Assembly: GCA_964016885.1 (NCBI GenBank)
Contig: OZ024749.1
Coordinates: 21,824,001-21,888,000 of the forward strand
Reading direction: 5' to 3'
Source of the DNA: Eledone cirrhosa
Lineage: Eukaryota
Length of the DNA stretch: 64,000 bases
The position numbers were made by a program, and so were the translations under genes. Shown in pieces: positions 1-17,984 of this stretch (positions are counted from its first letter, which is position 1; every line of letters begins with the position of its first letter). The notes under the pieces were generated by a model. That model was given only the letters and a program-made list of their open reading frames with translations. It had not been told where the DNA came from and searched no databases.

Positions 1-10
1 ACCGCTTTAC

Positions 11-49
11 TTCCCTCCGAAGAAGAGATATTATCTCGAAAATTAAGGA
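11..49 (+). ncRNA. Minimal type I hammerhead-like motif, family A (U4C core)
   Basis: CCGAAGA-A-gagata/tatctc-GAAA-at-TA, with only a 3-bp stem I (cct/agg). Copies at 6269-6307(-), 6417-6455(+, UG at the cleavage site) and 37648-37686(-). Confidence 0.5.
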
Positions 50-162
50 CATTTAAATAAATCTAAGGTAAAAGACTAATTGTCAACAATATCTTTTGCA
101 TTTGCATTCTTTATTCTATGTCCATACCTGCATTGTTTTGGCTTTATTATACATATACAAAC

Positions 163-265
<103 letters not shown>

Positions 266-270
266 GTATA

Positions 271-313
<43 letters not shown>

Positions 314-344
314 GTATATATATATGTATATGTATATATATATG

Positions 345-467
<123 letters not shown>

Positions 468-472
468 GTATA

Positions 473-513
<41 letters not shown>

Positions 514-544
514 GTATATATATATGTATATGTATATATATATG

Positions 545-678
<134 letters not shown>

Positions 679-1124
679 ACTATGTATGTATGTATACATA
701 CATACATATATGTATACAGACGTACAGTAGTATGTATATATATACATACATGCACACATATATATATGCACGTATCGGTTTACCTAACATTTATTATAAT
801 GTTCGGTTTGTTTGTAAACAAGCAAACAGCCCGAATTGCGCCGTACAGTGGTTAGGCAACCACGTCACCTTTTTGTTCAACACTGACACAGGAAGGATGT
901 ACGTCTGTATACATATATGTATGTACGTATACATACATACTTACATTTAAGTAAGTGCCGTACTAAGAGTGAGAAATGAAATTTCGTTTCATTCTATTTC
1001 ATTTATCGTTTTCGGTGCGCCCGGCCGACTAAACTTACTCGATATGCAATTTAGGCTGCTCAGCCGTTAATATGCATAAGGAAAGTATATACTTTCAGAT
1101 GTTCAACCATCAGGCAGGAAGGTA

Positions 1125-1169
1125 TACGATGCTGACGTTAGCTAATAAGCTTGAAACTCGTACATCGTA
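1125..1169 (+). ncRNA. Type I hammerhead motif, family B (A9U variant)
   Basis: tacgatg-CTGACGT-t-agct-aata-agct-t-GAAA-ctcg-TA-catcgta, with a perfect 7-bp stem I; inverted copy at 5418-5462. Confidence 0.7.
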
Positions 1170-1190
1170 ATACATATATATATATATGAA

Positions 1191-1343
<153 letters not shown>

Positions 1344-1549
1344 GTATATATATATGTATATATATATATATATATATATAAACGGAAAAAATGAAACGAA
1401 ATTTCATTTCTCACTCTTAGTACGGCTGTTATCGTTTTCGGTACCCCGGCCGATTAACTCACTCGATTTGCTAATTAGGCTGCTCAGCCGTTAATATGCA
1501 TAAGGAAAGTATATACTTTCAGATGTTCAACCATCTGGCAGGAAGGTAT

Positions 1550-1592
1550 ACGTTGCTGACGATAGCTAATAAGCTTGAAACTAGTAGAGCGT
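1550..1592 (+). ncRNA. Type I hammerhead motif, family B (canonical core)
   Basis: CTGACGA-tagctaataagctt-GAAA-ctag-TA, with palindromic stem III and imperfect stem I; lies in a direct repeat of ~1003-1162. Confidence 0.7.
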
Positions 1593-1731
1593 TCCTTTGT
1601 CAGTGTTGAAAAAATGAGCAACGATGGTTGCTAGACACTGTACAGCTTAATTTGGGATGTTTGTTTACAAACACACCGAGCATTATAATAAATGTTCGGT
1701 GAATCCATACGTACATATATATATGTGTGCA

Positions 1732-1827
<96 letters not shown>

Positions 1828-1834
1828 TATATAC

Positions 1835-1904
<70 letters not shown>

Positions 1905-1905
1905 G

Positions 1906-1964
<59 letters not shown>

Positions 1965-1977
1965 ATATATATATATG

Positions 1978-5065
<3,088 letters not shown>

Positions 5066-5090
5066 TATATATATATATATATATATATAT

Positions 5091-5201
5091 GAACGAGTAG
5101 GACCCCGACGGCTGAGCTCAAGCCGTTTCGACGGCTAATTCTGGAGTCCAGAATTAGCCGTCGAAACGGCTTGAGCTCAGCCGTCGGGGTCCTACTCGTT
5201 C
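5091..5201. repeat. Near-perfect 111-bp palindrome containing the 3' half of a hammerhead on each strand
   Basis: gaacgagtaggacccc...ctgga-g-tccag...ggggtcctactcgttc. Each strand reads GAAA-cggct..agccg-TC. Related module pieces at 10975-11055 and 19335-19452. Confidence 0.9.
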
Positions 5202-5281
5202 CTATTACCCACTCTACTACCCTAAGTATTGAGTACTTTGGTGCGTTATGGTCCACCTGGTTCCTTACCACATTTCCTTCG

Positions 5282-6573
<1,292 letters not shown>

Positions 6574-6815
6574 ACCTCATTACACAATGCTTCAATTGAA
6601 CTAGAAACTTCTCCTATATATATATATATATATATTTATTAAAATGTATATATAACCAAATATTAATATGGTTCATTGATTACTCAATGAATAGAGTTTT
6701 ACAATAGATTAAAAGCACTCTACAATTAAAGTTTTCTGGAGTTATTAATATTAATATCAATTCTCTAACCACTCAGCCACACGCTATCACACTTATATAT
6801 ATATACATATATATA

Positions 6816-9635
6816 GTTATACTTGGGGAGGGTCATATTTGTGTAATATTGCCAGAATTAATAACAGAACACACTCACTGTTTGGTTGGTTTTCGCTTCT
6901 CGCTGTCTTTTATATCTGCGATCTAACTTAATCGGTCCTCAATGTTGCCATTGACTGACCGACGGTCAAAAATAATACAGATACAATATAGACACAAACA
7001 CATATATATAGTTTACATAATTTACATAAATCTTTCGTTGCACATCTGCAACATCGTCAGTGGTGTTATATTTTTTCCTCCTGTTGTGTTGTATGTCTAC
7101 GCCATTTTTTATTCAGTCTGTCTATATATTTATTTATTTGCTTGGTTGTTTATTTTATTTTGTCTTCTTTGCGCATGCGTTTGCGTGTGTGTATAGTGTC
7201 ATGTTTGCTGTGTGACTAGTGTGTATAGTGTTGTGTCTGCTGGGTGACTAGTGTGTGTTTATGTGCTTGTTGTTATTGTGCTTGTGTATGTATTTATTTA
7301 TCTTATTTTATTTTATTTTATTTTATTTTATTTACTTATTTATACTTTCTTAGGTCAGTGTTGTTTGTTTGGGTGTTGTTGTTGTTCCACTCATTCTTTC
7401 TGTTTAGCTTTGGTCTTCTAATTTCTATTTCACTGGCCTCTCTGATTTGCCTATCTGCTGGGTCATTCCTATGTTTAGATATTATTCTAATTTCTATGTT
7501 GTCTATGTTACCGTCATGTTGTTGTCTAGCATGTTCGTATAGTACTGACCCGTTTTTTCGTCCTTTTAGTTCCCCCCAGTGTTGGTCTATCCTTTCACCT
7601 ATGCTACGAGCTGTTTCGCCTATGTATGTTGTTGTCTTGTTTCTGCAAGTACCCTCTGTACATCATATGCTATAGACTACGTTTCTAGTTTTACAGTTTA
7701 TCCGGGGGTTCACCTTACATATGATACATTTTCTATTGGTACAGTGGGTTTTCTTAAAAGGGTAGGTTTTGCTGATCAGGGATTTTATGGTGGTTCCTGG
7801 CTTTTCTACCACCTTTATTTTTAAGTGGGTCTTTCTCAGGGCCTTTCTACACTGGTTAGCTAATTTCCCTCCAGGGGTGGCGTCCACAAACATGACATTC
7901 TGATATCTCTGGTTGTCGTACCATGATGTGGCCTTCCCTATCTTATGTCTAGCCCTATCTAAGCTATTCCATGATTTGCTCCTGTATAATGGGCAAATTC
8001 CTTTCATGTCCAGTTCTATGAGGGTCTTATACTTTTCCATGGCTCCTTCGTATACTCTGACTCTGTCTCTTTGGTTGTAGCCAGAGAACTGCATGCGGTT
8101 GATGAAGTGTTGGATGTGTCTTTCCATTTCTGTTGGGTCGCACATGCTGGACACATTCCTCATCACTCGTACCAAATCTGCGATCAGAATTTTAAACTTA
8201 GCACTACTGGACATTGCTGAGTTTTTGAGTATCAGGTATTTGGAGGCCATGGGTTTAGCATAGTGTGAGTGGAGAATTTGGGCTCTCTCGTCTATAGTGT
8301 TAATCCAGAGTTCTGTGTCTAATACAGGTAGTCTATTGTTAGGGTGTTTGGAAGGGAAGTCGATAGTTACAGTTATACTCTGGTGTATGGAATTAGCTAT
8401 CTGCTGGATGCTTTCCATCGTGCTACGTTCTAAATCAAACTTGTTAGTGCTCTCTAGTGGGGGTGTTCTTATAACTATATTGATATCGTCTACATAACGA
8501 GAGTACATGATGAGGTCTATGGAGCTTTCATTAAGGAGATCTTTAAGTCTCCTTTCCCACCATACCATGAAAAGGTTGGCAACATCACCAACTATGCTGA
8601 CGCCGATGGCTGCTCCCTTATTTTGGGTGTAGATTTTCTCATTGAACTTAAATATGTGGCCCTTTAGGGTAGTTTTGATACTAGCCCCTATTGCATGTGC
8701 GACCATTTTTCTTACCTGATCATTGTTTTGTGGGGTCCGTATAGCTTTGGTCCACCCAATCCACCTTCCCATGGGAGTCTTTTTTGACATTGAGGTTATG
8801 GTGGGGGGTCTACCTCTTATAGGTCTACTAGGGCAGAAACATCTAAGGTCATGGCTGTCTAGGTAGTCAGTGTCGTAGGTAAGTCTAAGTAGGAGGCCCA
8901 GTTCGTCTGTGTCGACGTCGCAGAACTCCACCTCACTCTCAATGATCATCTACACACATCTTTTCACAGCAAAATCAATGTTAATGGATGGGTACAGTGA
9001 CACCACATCCATGCTGCCTATTATGCAGTTGGATAGGCTCCTGTTTTTGTTGCACTCACTGATTCTGCTGAGGAGGTCCTCTGTACTTTCACATACATCT
9101 GGGGACATCTTGATTATGGGGCGTATAACCATTGAGAGGAAGTAGGAGATCCTGTAGTTGCTAGCTATATTAGCTCCGCATACGGGTCTTGTTGGTGGTC
9201 CTGTTGTCGGGTCGTCGACTGTCTTGTGGTCTTTGCGGAGCCCATACAAGGGTGGTATGCCGTTGTTAGACGCCTGGAAGTTGTTGACAGTGCGTCTGCT
9301 TGGCTTTAGGCTGTCAGTCCACATCATCATGTGAGCGTTGAGGATTTTTTCTCTCCCATCGTGTGTTTGTTGTGCAACTTCGCTCGTGTTGTGTCTATAT
9401 TGTATCTGTCTATATTGTATCTGTATTATTTTTGACCGTCGGTCAGTCAATGGCAACATTGAGGACCGATTAAGTTAGATCGCAGATATAAAAGACAGCG
9501 AGAAGCGAAAACCAACCAAACAGTGAGTGCGTTCTGTTATTAATTCTGGCAATATTACACAAATATGACCCTCCCCAAGTATAACAATATTTGTTTCGAC
9601 ACACGATTTCATATAAAAAACCTCGCTAAACTAAT
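6816..9635 (-). mobile_element. Penelope-like retroelement (YVDD lineage): 3' pLTR, 5'-truncated ORF and inverted 5' pLTR
   Basis: ORF 9390-7336 lies in one frame with two stops (8950 TAG, 7663 TGA). Motifs PPLYGLRKDHK, GSMDVVSLYPSI, GAAIG, RYVDD, CxxxxCxxC and VVYSI...YIGETAR. 9391-9585 is an inverted copy of 6816-6995. Confidence 0.93.
7024..7065 (-). ncRNA. Hammerhead motif, family D, in the pLTR
   Basis: CTGACGA-T-gttgca-gatg-tgcaac-GAAA-gatt-TA with weak stem I; second copy at 10463-10506(-). Confidence 0.6.
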
Positions 9636-9682
9636 ACATATATATAAATATACATATATATATACATATATATATAGATACA

Positions 9683-9732
<50 letters not shown>

Positions 9733-9764
9733 AATACATATATTTATATATATATACATATATT

Positions 9765-9834
<70 letters not shown>

Positions 9835-9893
9835 TATACACACATATATATATATATACATACATATATATATACATATATATACATATATAC

Positions 9894-9944
<51 letters not shown>

Positions 9945-10182
9945 CATATATTTATATATATATATACATATATTTATATATACACACACACATATATATA
10001 TATATGTAAAGTGTCTAGTGAAAAGCTCGGTACATGTACATATGTATACATATGTGTATTTATATGCATACTAGTACTTCCGTATACATATGTAGATGTA
10101 CACTTTAACTTAATTGTTTAAGCGTCAGTCATACAAAAGTGAGTTAGAAGCGAAACGAAATTTAATTTCGTTTCGTTATTTG

Positions 10183-10267
<85 letters not shown>

Positions 10268-10592
10268 TTATACTTGGGGAGGGTCATATTTGTGTAAAAT
10301 TGCCAGAATTAATAACAGAACACAGTCACTGTTTGGTGGGTTTTCGCTTCTGCGTCTTTTATATCGGATATCTAATTTATTCGGTCCTCAATGTTGCCAT
10401 TGACTGACCAACGGTCAAAAATAATACAGAAACAATATAGACACAAACATATATATATAGTTTATCAAAGTTCTTTCGTTGCACATCTGCAACATCGTCA
10501 GTGGTGCTATTGTTTCCTTCCGTTGCATTGTATTTTCTACGCCATCTTTATTTAGTCTGTTTATATATTTATTTATTTGTTTATTTTATTTG
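10268..10592 (-). mobile_element. Solo diverged pLTR related to 6816-7160
   Basis: Collinear similarity including the hammerhead D core; flanked by TA. Confidence 0.8.
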
Positions 10593-10632
10593 TATATATA
10601 TACATATATTTGTATATACATATATATACATA

Positions 10633-10762
<130 letters not shown>

Positions 10763-10763
10763 C

Positions 10764-10861
<98 letters not shown>

Positions 10862-10863
10862 TC

Positions 10864-10899
<36 letters not shown>

Positions 10900-10933
10900 T
10901 CATATATATATATATACATATATATGTATATAC

Positions 10934-10964
<31 letters not shown>

Positions 10965-11057
10965 CATATATATAGCGAAGGAAAAGTGGTAAGGAACCAG
11001 GTGGACCATAACGCACCAAAGTACTCAATACTTAGGGTAGTAGAGTGGGTAATATAC

Positions 11058-11148
<91 letters not shown>

Positions 11149-11327
11149 CACATATATATATATATATACATATATATATACACATATATATATATATACA
11201 CATATATATATATATATACACACATATATATATATATATATATACATATACATAAATATACATATATATATATATATATATACACATATATATATATACA
11301 CATATATATATACATATATATATATAT

Positions 11328-11672
11328 ATAATATAAGATCAAAAGATGGTTAAAGGAGTTCCATGTATTTTATTATGCGCATTTCAAAAACAAACATCAT
11401 CATGCAATAATATTTGTGTTTTCATCAGATAAAACAGGAGTACATGATATGAAGGCTAAAAAACACTTGTGGATAGTGCAGTTTTAAATCTACATATCAA
11501 TATATATGTAGATTTAAAACTGCACTATCCACAAGTGTTTTTTAGCCTTCATATCATGTTCTCCTGTTTTATCTGATGAAAACACAAATATTATTGCATG
11601 ATGATGTTTGTTTTTGAAATGCGCATAATAAAATACATGGAACTCCTTTAACCATCTTTTGATCTTATATTA
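11328..11672. repeat. Fold-back palindrome (~165-bp arms) of the family E pLTR module
   Basis: Arms are near identical; apex near 11500. Confidence 0.92.
11565..11635 (+). ncRNA. Type I hammerhead ribozyme, family E (canonical)
   Basis: tgttttat-CTGATGA-long stem II-GAAA-tgcgca-TA-ataaaata; mirror copy at 11366-11436(-). Confidence 0.85.
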
Positions 11673-11756
11673 TGCATACTCCAGTCCTACAAACTGTAGA
11701 GTGCTTCTTATCCGATATCTGCATTGCTTTATTGTACTACAATAAAACTCACCTCC

Positions 11757-11822
<66 letters not shown>

Positions 11823-11851
11823 AAAGAATAGAGGTGTAACACACAAGTTAT

Positions 11852-12424
11852 TATATATTGGTAAACGGAATAGAAAATGCTGACAAATTGTTCACAGTTG
11901 AAAAATGGTTTAATTAGGAATAAAAGAGTATTAGTGATTGTATGGGTTAGTATTCAGTTGTGGTTTTAAGTTTTTAAGTTTTTACCGGTTGCGCATTTCT
12001 AAATGCTTTTCAAAAATAATTTTGAGATAGAGTGTCCGTGCTGTTTGCTCTGATCTGATTAGTTTTGGGAATTCTACCTGTTTTTATGTTAAAAAAATGG
12101 CTCCAGCGTTATTTTTGTGTTGTAAAAATGCTTGTGGTCAAAATTGTTTTGACCACATTTTTACAACACAAAAATAACGCTGGAGCCATTTTTTTAACAT
12201 AAAAACAGGTAGAATTCCCAAAACTAATCAGATCAGAGCAAACAGCACGGACACTCTATCTCAAAATTATTTTTGAAAAGCATTTAGAAATGCGCAACCG
12301 GTAAAAACTTAAAAACTTAAAACCACAACTGAATACTAACCCATACAATCACTAATACTCTTTTATTCCTAATTAAACCATTTTTCAACTGTGAACAATT
12401 TGTCAGCATTTTCTATTCCGTTTA

Positions 12425-12434
<10 letters not shown>
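11852..12434. repeat. Fold-back palindrome (~280-bp arms), TA-flanked, family unassigned
   Basis: 11852-12130 is the reverse complement of ~12156-12434; small tggtcaaaa/ttttgacca hairpin at the apex. Confidence 0.92.
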
Positions 12435-12491
<57 letters not shown>

Positions 12492-12558
12492 ACATATATA
12501 TATATACACACACATATATATATATATACACATATATATATATATACATATATATACA

Positions 12559-12592
<34 letters not shown>

Positions 12593-13380
12593 CATATATA
12601 TACATATATATATACACATATATATATATATACACACATATATATATATATATATACACACACCTATATATATATATATATACATATATATAGATACATA
12701 CACCCATATATATATATATAAAGAAGGAGAGGGAAAAATGAGTTGATGGCTTTGTGGTGCTCTGAAAGACAATGAGTACCTGTTGGTCTGGCGCTCTGCT
12801 ATTAGCTCCGGCAGTGTTACCGTCTACATAGCAACGTGAAAATATTTAGACAGAGGAAAAAGGGCGGTATAGGGGAACTGGCGAGAGAGAGAGAGGGAGT
12901 GAGAGAGAGAGGGAGAGAGAGAGAAGGGGAGGAAGGGAGAGAGAGAGGGAGAGAGAGAGGGTGGTGTAGGTGTGTGTGGTGACAGAAAGAAATATAGGGA
13001 AAGGGAGGTGTGTGTGAATGTATGTGTATCTATAAACATATATATATATACACATACACATATATATATGTGTGTGTATGTGTATGTGTGTGTGCTCAAA
13101 CGCACACACACATACACAAGTTATATATGAGGACCCGCATTGTAATTTGATTGTGAAAAGAAAGAATGAAAAAAGGAAAGAAGGAAAGTAAGAAAGAAAG
13201 AAAGAAGGGAAGAAAGAAAGAAAGATAGAAAGAAGGGAAGAAAGAAAGAAAGATATAAAGAAAGAAGGAAAGAAAGAAGGGAATAAAGAAAGAAAGATAG
13301 AAAGAAAGGTAGAAAGATAGAAAGAAAGAAGGGAAGAAAGAGAGAAGGGAAGAAAGAAAGAAAGATAGAAAGAAAGAAAG

Positions 13381-14345
13381 ATAGATAGATAAATTTCTTT
13401 ATTAGCCACAAGGGCACAAAAGAAGGAGACAAATACAAATGGGGAGTTTACATACAGGTATATGAAAATAAAACTATTAATACAATAACAAATAACAATT
13501 GAAATCCCCAATAGGGGGGAGGTGTTACACAGGGGTTGTACACATCCCGAAAAAATGTACAACCCTCATCTCCAAGAGCACCAAGAGTGAGGACTCCACT
13601 CCTCTCTTCCTCTTTTTCCTCAACCTACAGGCTTATATAGAGAGAAGGCCCAACCACTCGGGCCATCTTTGCCACATTCAGCCACCTTTTATAAAATTTG
13701 CTGGGGTACGGCACCTCTCTCTCCATCCTGATTCCTCTTCCAAAACGATATTTGTAAAAACGAATCAGTTGCTCGCCGGAGAGAAAGGTGTCTGACCTCA
13801 GCCCTTTTAACCTCGTCCACCATATAAGCTCTTTCACCATAGCCATAACACATAGGAAAACCGCCTCTTCCTCGTTTTTGAAGGAGGGTGGCGGTTTGAT
13901 CATGACAATGGACTCGGTGGTCAAGTGGATTGGTCCAACCCGCGGCCATAGTCGTTCTACATAGCCCCACAGGTCGGTAACGCCCGGGCAGTGTACAAAT
14001 GCGTGTGCGACGGTTTCCTCGTCGCGCACGCATCTCGGACAGATCTTTTTCGAAGGGTCCCTACCCGGGCGCCCGTGTCTGTAGAGCTTGTCTCGAACTG
14101 GTAGAGCTCCTCGGTAGCACTGCCAGGCCAGGGACTTTTGGAAGTTGTCCATTGGTCCCGGGCGGAAGGTCCTACCGAACAGACTGACCAGTTCGTCCTC
14201 CTCTACGCCTAGAGTTTTTCCGAGCGTGTCGTCGCACTTGCTGTGGACCAACCCTCTATAGAATGTCGAAGTGGAGTCTCCACTGATCGCCGGGTCCATT
14301 TGCCAGAGGACTGTGAGCGCCTGAGCACATTCGATGTGCCAGTCG
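13381..14345 (-). mobile_element. L1/Tx1-clade LINE 3' fragment (zf-RVT-like C-terminus and 3' UTR)
   Basis: W...RGALPVRDKL...CPRC...ETVAHAFVHC...LW motif; ORF stop at 13625; AATAAA followed by a (TATC)n/(TTTC)n tract. Confidence 0.8.
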
Positions 14346-14907
14346 AAAGATAGATAGATAGATAGATATGTTTCTTTTATTTGCCACAAGGGCATCAAAA
14401 GTGGGACAAGTACAATGGGGGGAGTTTACAAAACAAGGCGTCCTCAATAGGGAGGAGGCAATAACAATATATAAAAATAAAATAAAATATAACAAAAATT
14501 AGAATTATAACAAAATCCTCAATAGAGGATTTTGTTATAAAATATAACAAAAAATAAAATTTATAACAAAATCCTCAATAGAGAGGAGGCGCCTTGGGGG
14601 GTCGCACACACCCCCGAAAAAAGTGTGCAACCCTTTTCCTCAGGAGCACAGAGAGGGGGTGCTCCCTCGTTCCTTCCTCTTTTCCACCTACAGGCTTATG
14701 TAAAGAGAAGACCCATTCACACGGGCCATTCTCGCCACTTTCACCCACCTTTCATAAAAACGACTGGGGTGCAGCACCTCTCTCTCCATCCTGATCCTTC
14801 TTCCGAAATGATATCGGAAGAAACGGACCAGTTGTTGGCCAGAGAGAAAGGTGCCTGACCTCAGTCCTTTCAGACGCGTCCACCATACAACCTCTTTCGC
14901 CATGGCT
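14346..14907 (-). mobile_element. Second, shorter copy of the same LINE family, head-to-tail with the first
   Basis: AMAKEVVWWTRLKGLRSGTFLSGQQL...SLYISL parallels the 13625 ORF end; similar 3' terminus and (TATC)n tail. Confidence 0.8.
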
Positions 14908-14989
14908 AGATAGAAAGAAAGAAGGAAAGAAAGAAATAAAGAAGGGAAGAAATATAGAAACAAAGAAAGAAGGGAAGAAAGAAGGGAAC

Positions 14990-15750
14990 TGTGTGTATGT
15001 ATACATATATATATATGTGTACATGTGTGTGCATGTGTGTATGTACATGTGTGTGTATGTATACATGTATATGTGTACATGTGTGTGCATATGTGTATGT
15101 ACATGTGTGTGTATGTATACATGTATATGTGTACATGTGTGTGCATGTGTGTATGTACATGTGTGTGTATGTGTGTACATATATGTGTCTGTAGACATGT
15201 ATATGTGCAGATGTGTTTGTACGTATACATGTATATGTGTACATGTGTATGTATATGTGTGTACATGTGTGTGTGTGTGTGTATGTACATGTATATGTGT
15301 ACATGTGTGTGTATGTATACATATATATGTATACATGTGTGTGTATGTACATATATATGTGTACATGTGTGTGTATGTGTGTACATGCCTGTCGGTGTAT
15401 ATGTGTGTGGACATACGTGTGTGGACATGCATGTGCACATGTGTCTCTATACATGTGGATATGTTTGTACATGTGCGCGTATGTACATATAAGTTTGTGC
15501 GGTTATATGTATGTATATATGTATGCATGTGTGTATGTATGTATTTATGTATGTATGTATGTGTATACTGTGTGTATGTATGTATGTATGTGAATACGTG
15601 TGTGTATATGTGTATGTGCATACGCGTGTATGTATATATGTGTATACGCATGTGTATATGTGTATGTATATATGTGTATACGCATATGCACGTATGTATT
15701 TATGTATGTATGCATCTGTGTATGTATGCATGTGTATACGTGTGTGTTTA
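14990..15750. repeat. Degenerate (TG/TA) purine-pyrimidine minisatellite with a recurring gtacat motif
   Basis: Directly visible. Confidence 0.8.
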
Positions 15751-15916
15751 TCTGAAGGTGTAATAGATCGATCGTTTGCTCATTGGTCTGAGAAGCAATG
15801 ATTTCCAATCATCACTTCCTATCGCCAATAACTGATCGAAGATATCGAACTGACCCCGGTACCAATATCAAGAAAGAAAACACTTGGAAAAAATATATAT
15901 ATAATAAATAAATAGA

Positions 15917-15963
<47 letters not shown>

Positions 15964-16346
15964 GAAGATAAATTTAAAATATATATATATATATATATAA
16001 AAATAAATAAATAAATAAGAAAATAAATAAATAAATAAGAAAATAAATAAAAATAGATCTAACGAGAAAAGTCTGGATTACCAAATAACAACAACTACAG
16101 TCACAACAATAACAGCAACAATAGAAGCAGCAACAATAACAATATCAACATCAATAACAACAACTACAACAACAACACCAACAACAACAGCAACAACAGC
16201 AGCAACACCACAAGAACAACAACAGTAACAATAACACTATCAACAATAATAACAATAAGAACACCAACACCAACGACGATGACAACGACAACAACATCAA
16301 CAACAACGACAGCAGCATCAACAACAGCAGCAACAGCAGCAACAGC

Positions 16347-16379
<33 letters not shown>

Positions 16380-16439
16380 AGCGATTTCTAATTCAAGCAT
16401 AAGATAATTCGGTGATGGTGGTGGGGAATGTCGACGAAA

Positions 16440-16875
16440 CAGCCCTCAGTATTTGACTGGTACTTTGCTTTATCGATCCCCAGAAGGATAAAGAACAAAA
16501 ATTGACCACGGTGGAATTTGAACTCGGAACGCAAAGGATCGAAAGGAAAACCGCAAAACATTTCATCGCAGGCACGGGCAAACTTTCTCGAGCTGTGGGC
16601 CGCGTAGGATGTGGTTCGTCATAAGACGGGCCGCATAGGATGTGACTCGTCATAAGACGGACCACATAGGATGTGGTTCTTCATAAGACGGGCCACATAG
16701 GATGTGGTTCATCATAAGGTAGGTCGCATAGGATGTGACTCGTCATACGGCGCGCTGCACTACCAAAAGTTTTCAAGGCAGTTTTTAAATTAGGAGTGAC
16801 ATTCAGAAAGCGAAACGAGTCATTTGCGGCCCGCGAGCTGCAGTTTACCCGTGACTGCTCTAATGGCTCTACAAC
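16440..16875 (-). mobile_element. tRNA-derived SINE interrupted by a MITE
   Basis: B-box-like GAGTTCAAATTCC and the same body as the SINEs at 57311 and 57487. Confidence 0.65.
16569..16857. mobile_element. hAT (Charlie-like) MITE with five internal 31-bp tandem repeats
   Basis: TIRs CAGGCACGGGCAAACT / AGTTTACCCGTGACTG (14/16 match); subterminal gcggcccgc; unit ggccgcataggatgtggttcgtcataagacg at ~16597-16750; no clear TSD. Confidence 0.65.
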
Positions 16876-17148
16876 GACAACTGTCACTGATCTGTTATTG
16901 GTTAGCGCCTGGTGAGGTTGTTGGGGCGCCATCTGAACATACTTGTGATAAAACATATTTGAATTAGACCAGCGGTTCTCAAACAGAAAGTACTTGGCTC
17001 TCAAAGTACTTGGCTCTCAAAGAAGGATTTCCAAACCCCAGAGCAGGAATTTCAAGTCACAGGGAAGGAGTTTTAACTAATGTAGGAATTGGTAGTGAGA
17101 ATTTTAGTAAGGGGGGTAATCCAAACTGTGAAAGAATTCTTTATATTG

Positions 17149-17194
<46 letters not shown>

Positions 17195-17201
<7 letters not shown>

Positions 17202-17690
17202 AGATCAAAAGATGGTTAAAAGAGTTCCAAGTATTTTATTATGCGCATTTCAAAAAGAAATATCATCATGAGATGATATTTGCGTTTTCATCAGATAAAA
17301 TAGGGATACATGATATGAAGGTTAAAATACACTTGTGAATAGTGAAGTTTTAAATCAACATATGAAAAATAATTTAAGATTGATGTGTGATATTGGGAAA
17401 AAGAGGGGGGAAGGGGAGGAGATGAGAGTAAAGAATGGTGGGGCAGGAGTATAAGAAGGAAGGATGAGAGAGGAGGAGAGATGGGTGATAGAGAGAGAGA
17501 GATAGCCTTTACAACTGAGAAAAATATATATTGTCTCCCAGAGAGAAGTTAAAAAGCCGTTGGAAGATGATAGATAATTTAAAAGAATTTGAAATTAAAA
17601 GTTGATGAAGAGAAAAAGGGGTTAAGAATAATATTAAATTAAGGTTTGTATATTGCTTTATTGTGCTACAATAAAACTCACCTCCTACAT
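17195..17690 (-). mobile_element. Family E pLTR module with intact hammerhead at 17232-17302
   Basis: Diverged reverse complement of ~22080-22545; tattttat-CTGATGA...GAAA-tgcgca-TA-ataaaata. Confidence 0.8.
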
Positions 17691-17742
17691 ATATATATAT
17701 TTATTTAAAATGAAATACCTTTTTCTATTTAAGTAAACTGAA

Positions 17743-17834
<92 letters not shown>

Positions 17835-17984
17835 CAAATGAAATGCCGATATACCCCACTGTAGTGTACATTGGTCGATAGTAATGAAAGCACGCATCGT
17901 TAGTCAACCATCTCGAAAAATGGGTGTGTAGGATATTGGAGGACATATTTGATTATTTAATAAAGCAACGATATCTGAACGAAA

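Noticed and set aside
7663-7665. In-frame TGA in a PLE ORF as possible selenocysteine
   Set aside because: The paralog at 33 kb has Arg at this position and the same ORF also has a TAG stop, so nonsense decay is simpler. I recognised no SECIS element.
12779-12877. Possible minus-strand host exon (pyrimidine tract-CAG ... CAG/GT)
   Set aside because: Stop codons in all three frames, and the pyrimidine tract is a (TC)n microsatellite; no supporting evidence.
16597-16750. 31-bp repeats as a CRISPR array
   Set aside because: Directly tandem with no spacers, no cas genes, eukaryotic context, and inside a MITE.
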